This document shows positions 47,078 through 49,035 of a DNA stretch of 49,035 nucleotides, one piece after another. Position numbers and translations under genes: made by a program. The stretch's first letter is position 1; each line of letters starts with the position of its first letter. A model generated the notes under the pieces. It did not search any database. It worked only from the letters and a program-made list of their open reading frames with translations, and was not told the origin of the DNA. Source of the DNA: Octopus bimaculoides (lineage: Eukaryota). Where the stretch lies: the NCBI RefSeq assembly GCF_001194135.2, contig NC_069009.1, forward strand, positions 9,551,509 through 9,600,543. The letters run 5' to 3'.

Positions 47078-48656
47078 CCCTAAAACTCGAGAACTACGCA
47101 ACCAATTTCATTCAAATTTTACAGATGCCTTACTTAGGGTTCCAGTTGTGTTTTAGTCAAAAAAATTTTTTAACTTCTTGCAGAGTTCGAGCCCATGGCA
47201 ACATAATATCTCCTCCACTATTTAAGTATTACGTGTCAAAAGTGAAACAAAAACACTCATGTCAAATACTTTCACTTTAAAAACACTCATGTCAAATACT
47301 TTCACTTTAAAAATGAAACTATTTCACTAACTGAAACAATCACATTTCGATACTGCAATTACAGATACTTTCAGAAAGAGAGAAAGAGAGATGTATATGT
47401 ATACATATAGATGTATATGTATACATATAGATGTATATGTACACGTTATTCCACTAACTGAAACAATCACATTTCGATACTGTAATGATAGATACTTTCA
47501 GAGAGAGAGAAAGAGATAAAGAGTGAAAGATAAAGAGTGAAAGAGAGAGAGAGAGAGAGAGAGAGATGTATATGTATACATATAGATGTATATGTACACG
47601 TATATGTATAGATATATATCTATATGCATACATGTATATGTATACATATGTGTAGATGTATATATATATATATAGATGTACATGTAATATGTACACANNN
47701 NNNNNNNNNNNNNNNNNNNNNNNNNNNNNNNNNNNNNNNNNNNNNNNNNNNNNNNNNNNNNNNNNNNNNNNNNNNNNNNNNNNNNNNNNNNNNNNNNNNN
47801 NNNNNNNNNNNNNNNNNNNNNNNNNNNNNNNNNNNNNNNNNNNNNNNNNNNNNNNNNNNNNNNNNNNNNNNNNNNNNNNNNNNNNNNNNNNNNNNNNNNN
47901 NNNNNNNNNNNNNNNNNNNNNNNNNNNNNNNNNNNNNNNNNNNNNNNNNNNNNNNNNNNNNNNNNNNNNNNNNNNNNNNNNNNNNNNNNNNNNNNNNNNN
48001 NNNNNNNNNNNNNNNNNNNNNNNNNNNNNNNNNNNNNNNNNNNNNNNNNNNNNNNNNNNNNNNNNNNNNNNNNNNNNNNNNNNNNNNNNNNNNNNNNNNN
48101 NNNNNNNNNNNNNNNNNNNNNNNNNNNNNNNNNNNNNNNNNNNNNNNNNNNNNNNNNNNNNNNNNNNNNNNNNNNNNNNNNNNNNNNNTTTTTATTATCA
48201 CTGCGACACACATAGTCCCCAGTTGGTAACATTGATTTCAAGGCCTTCCCAGATGAGAGACTGGTTGTTCTAAGACATTTATCGATTGTAAATTTTGTCT
48301 GCACAGTTACCTATTGGTATAGTGGTCATTTGCAAACTCCAGAGGTGACACTTTCATTTCCCTTTACTCCAAACGTCACACGTTGTTATTTCAATTGGGT
48401 CATGTCCTTCCAATTGCTATAGATTTGTAATGCATCTTACAGCTGTGCCTGTCACCTGTATGGTGAGGAATCCTACATGTATTGGGAATGTGTGTGTGTG
48501 TGTGTGTGTGTGCGTGTGTCTGTCTGTCTGTTTGAATCCCTAAACCGGGCAACGCCGGGTATTTCTGCTAGTAATTAATAAATAATTTGAATTTATAATT
48601 TCAGATTTAAATAAATTTTAACAGTTATAAAAGTGTCCATTTACTTCTATCATGTG
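45945..48656 (+). mobile_element. Tc1-family element (ORF remnant 46005-47000), apparently split by a Helitron, with putative right end 48572-48656
   Basis: ELSKFQRGHIVG, DESRF, DGAPCH, MNPIEHLW. An AT-rich 3' flank resumes after 48572 and ends gtgtccatttacttctatcatgtg; the TIR assignment is inferred. Confidence 0.75.
47013..48571 (+). mobile_element. Non-autonomous Helitron-type element
   Basis: A|TC start at 47013. The 3' hairpin CCGGGCAACGCCGGG is followed by CTAG|T at 48568-48572, giving an A/T target and no TSD. Contains microsatellites and internal duplications. Confidence 0.8.
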
Positions 48657-48670
48657 TGTGTGTGTGTGTA

Positions 48671-49035
48671 TCTATACATATATAACTGTTTGTCTGTCTT
48701 GAGTGTTTGTATGCATGCCTCACTAAAACTCAAGAACTACCCAACTGATTTCATTCAAATTTTGCACATGCCTTACTTATGGTCCATGCAGTATCATGAG
48801 ACAAAAAAATGTTCAACTTTTTGTCTGATGTGAGCCCGGAGCTCACACTATTTCAGTGTTACGTGTCAAAAGTGAAACAATAACATCTCTATCGTAATGT
48901 AAGATAATACTTTCAGTTTTAATAGTTTCACTATTAATACCTTTATTATGTATATAATATATACATCCTGAAACTATTATCTCAGTTACATATATATATA
49001 TATATACATATATATAAAAATATATACATATATAT
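48671..49035 (+). mobile_element. Second Helitron-family copy (5' part, runs off the window)
   Basis: A|TCTATA start. ctaaaactcaagaactac...ttcattcaaatttt and ttacgtgtcaaaagtgaaacaa are homologous to 47080-47250. Confidence 0.7.

Overview
Repeat-rich, gapped eukaryotic genomic DNA. It is most likely from a coleoid cephalopod (Octopus-like); this is inferred from the KRAB-less C2H2 genes and the repeat families. Host genes: (1) two tandem + strand paralogous C2H2 zinc-finger genes with single-exon CDSs (12 fingers, 10987-12024; 13 fingers, 17891-19054). Each sits in a duplicated cassette with a conserved promoter/exon 1 (TATA, NRF1-type, ETS and E2F-type motifs and a GTAAGT donor), a 52-bp intronic minisatellite, a conserved uATG-containing leader and homologous 3' flanks. 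(2) The 3' part of a REXO4/Rex4-like DEDDh exonuclease gene on the - strand, reconstructed as five strong exons plus one candidate 60-nt exon across 21164-44734, all phase-compatible. The rest is mostly transposon-derived: many RTE LINE fragments and 3' tails, three tRNA-head SINE families, a near-complete but decayed RLE-type (HERO-like) retrotransposon, a CR1/L2 fragment, Penelope-like pieces, Gypsy LTR/RT/integrase fragments, a full-length decayed mariner, Tc1 elements, MITEs, Helitron-type elements and a Merlin-like fragment. I found no rRNA, true tRNA or CRISPR arrays. The best leads are the ZNF cassette architecture and a 99-bp palindrome carrying hammerhead-like cores. Repeat boundaries were read by eye and are approximate unless termini are stated.
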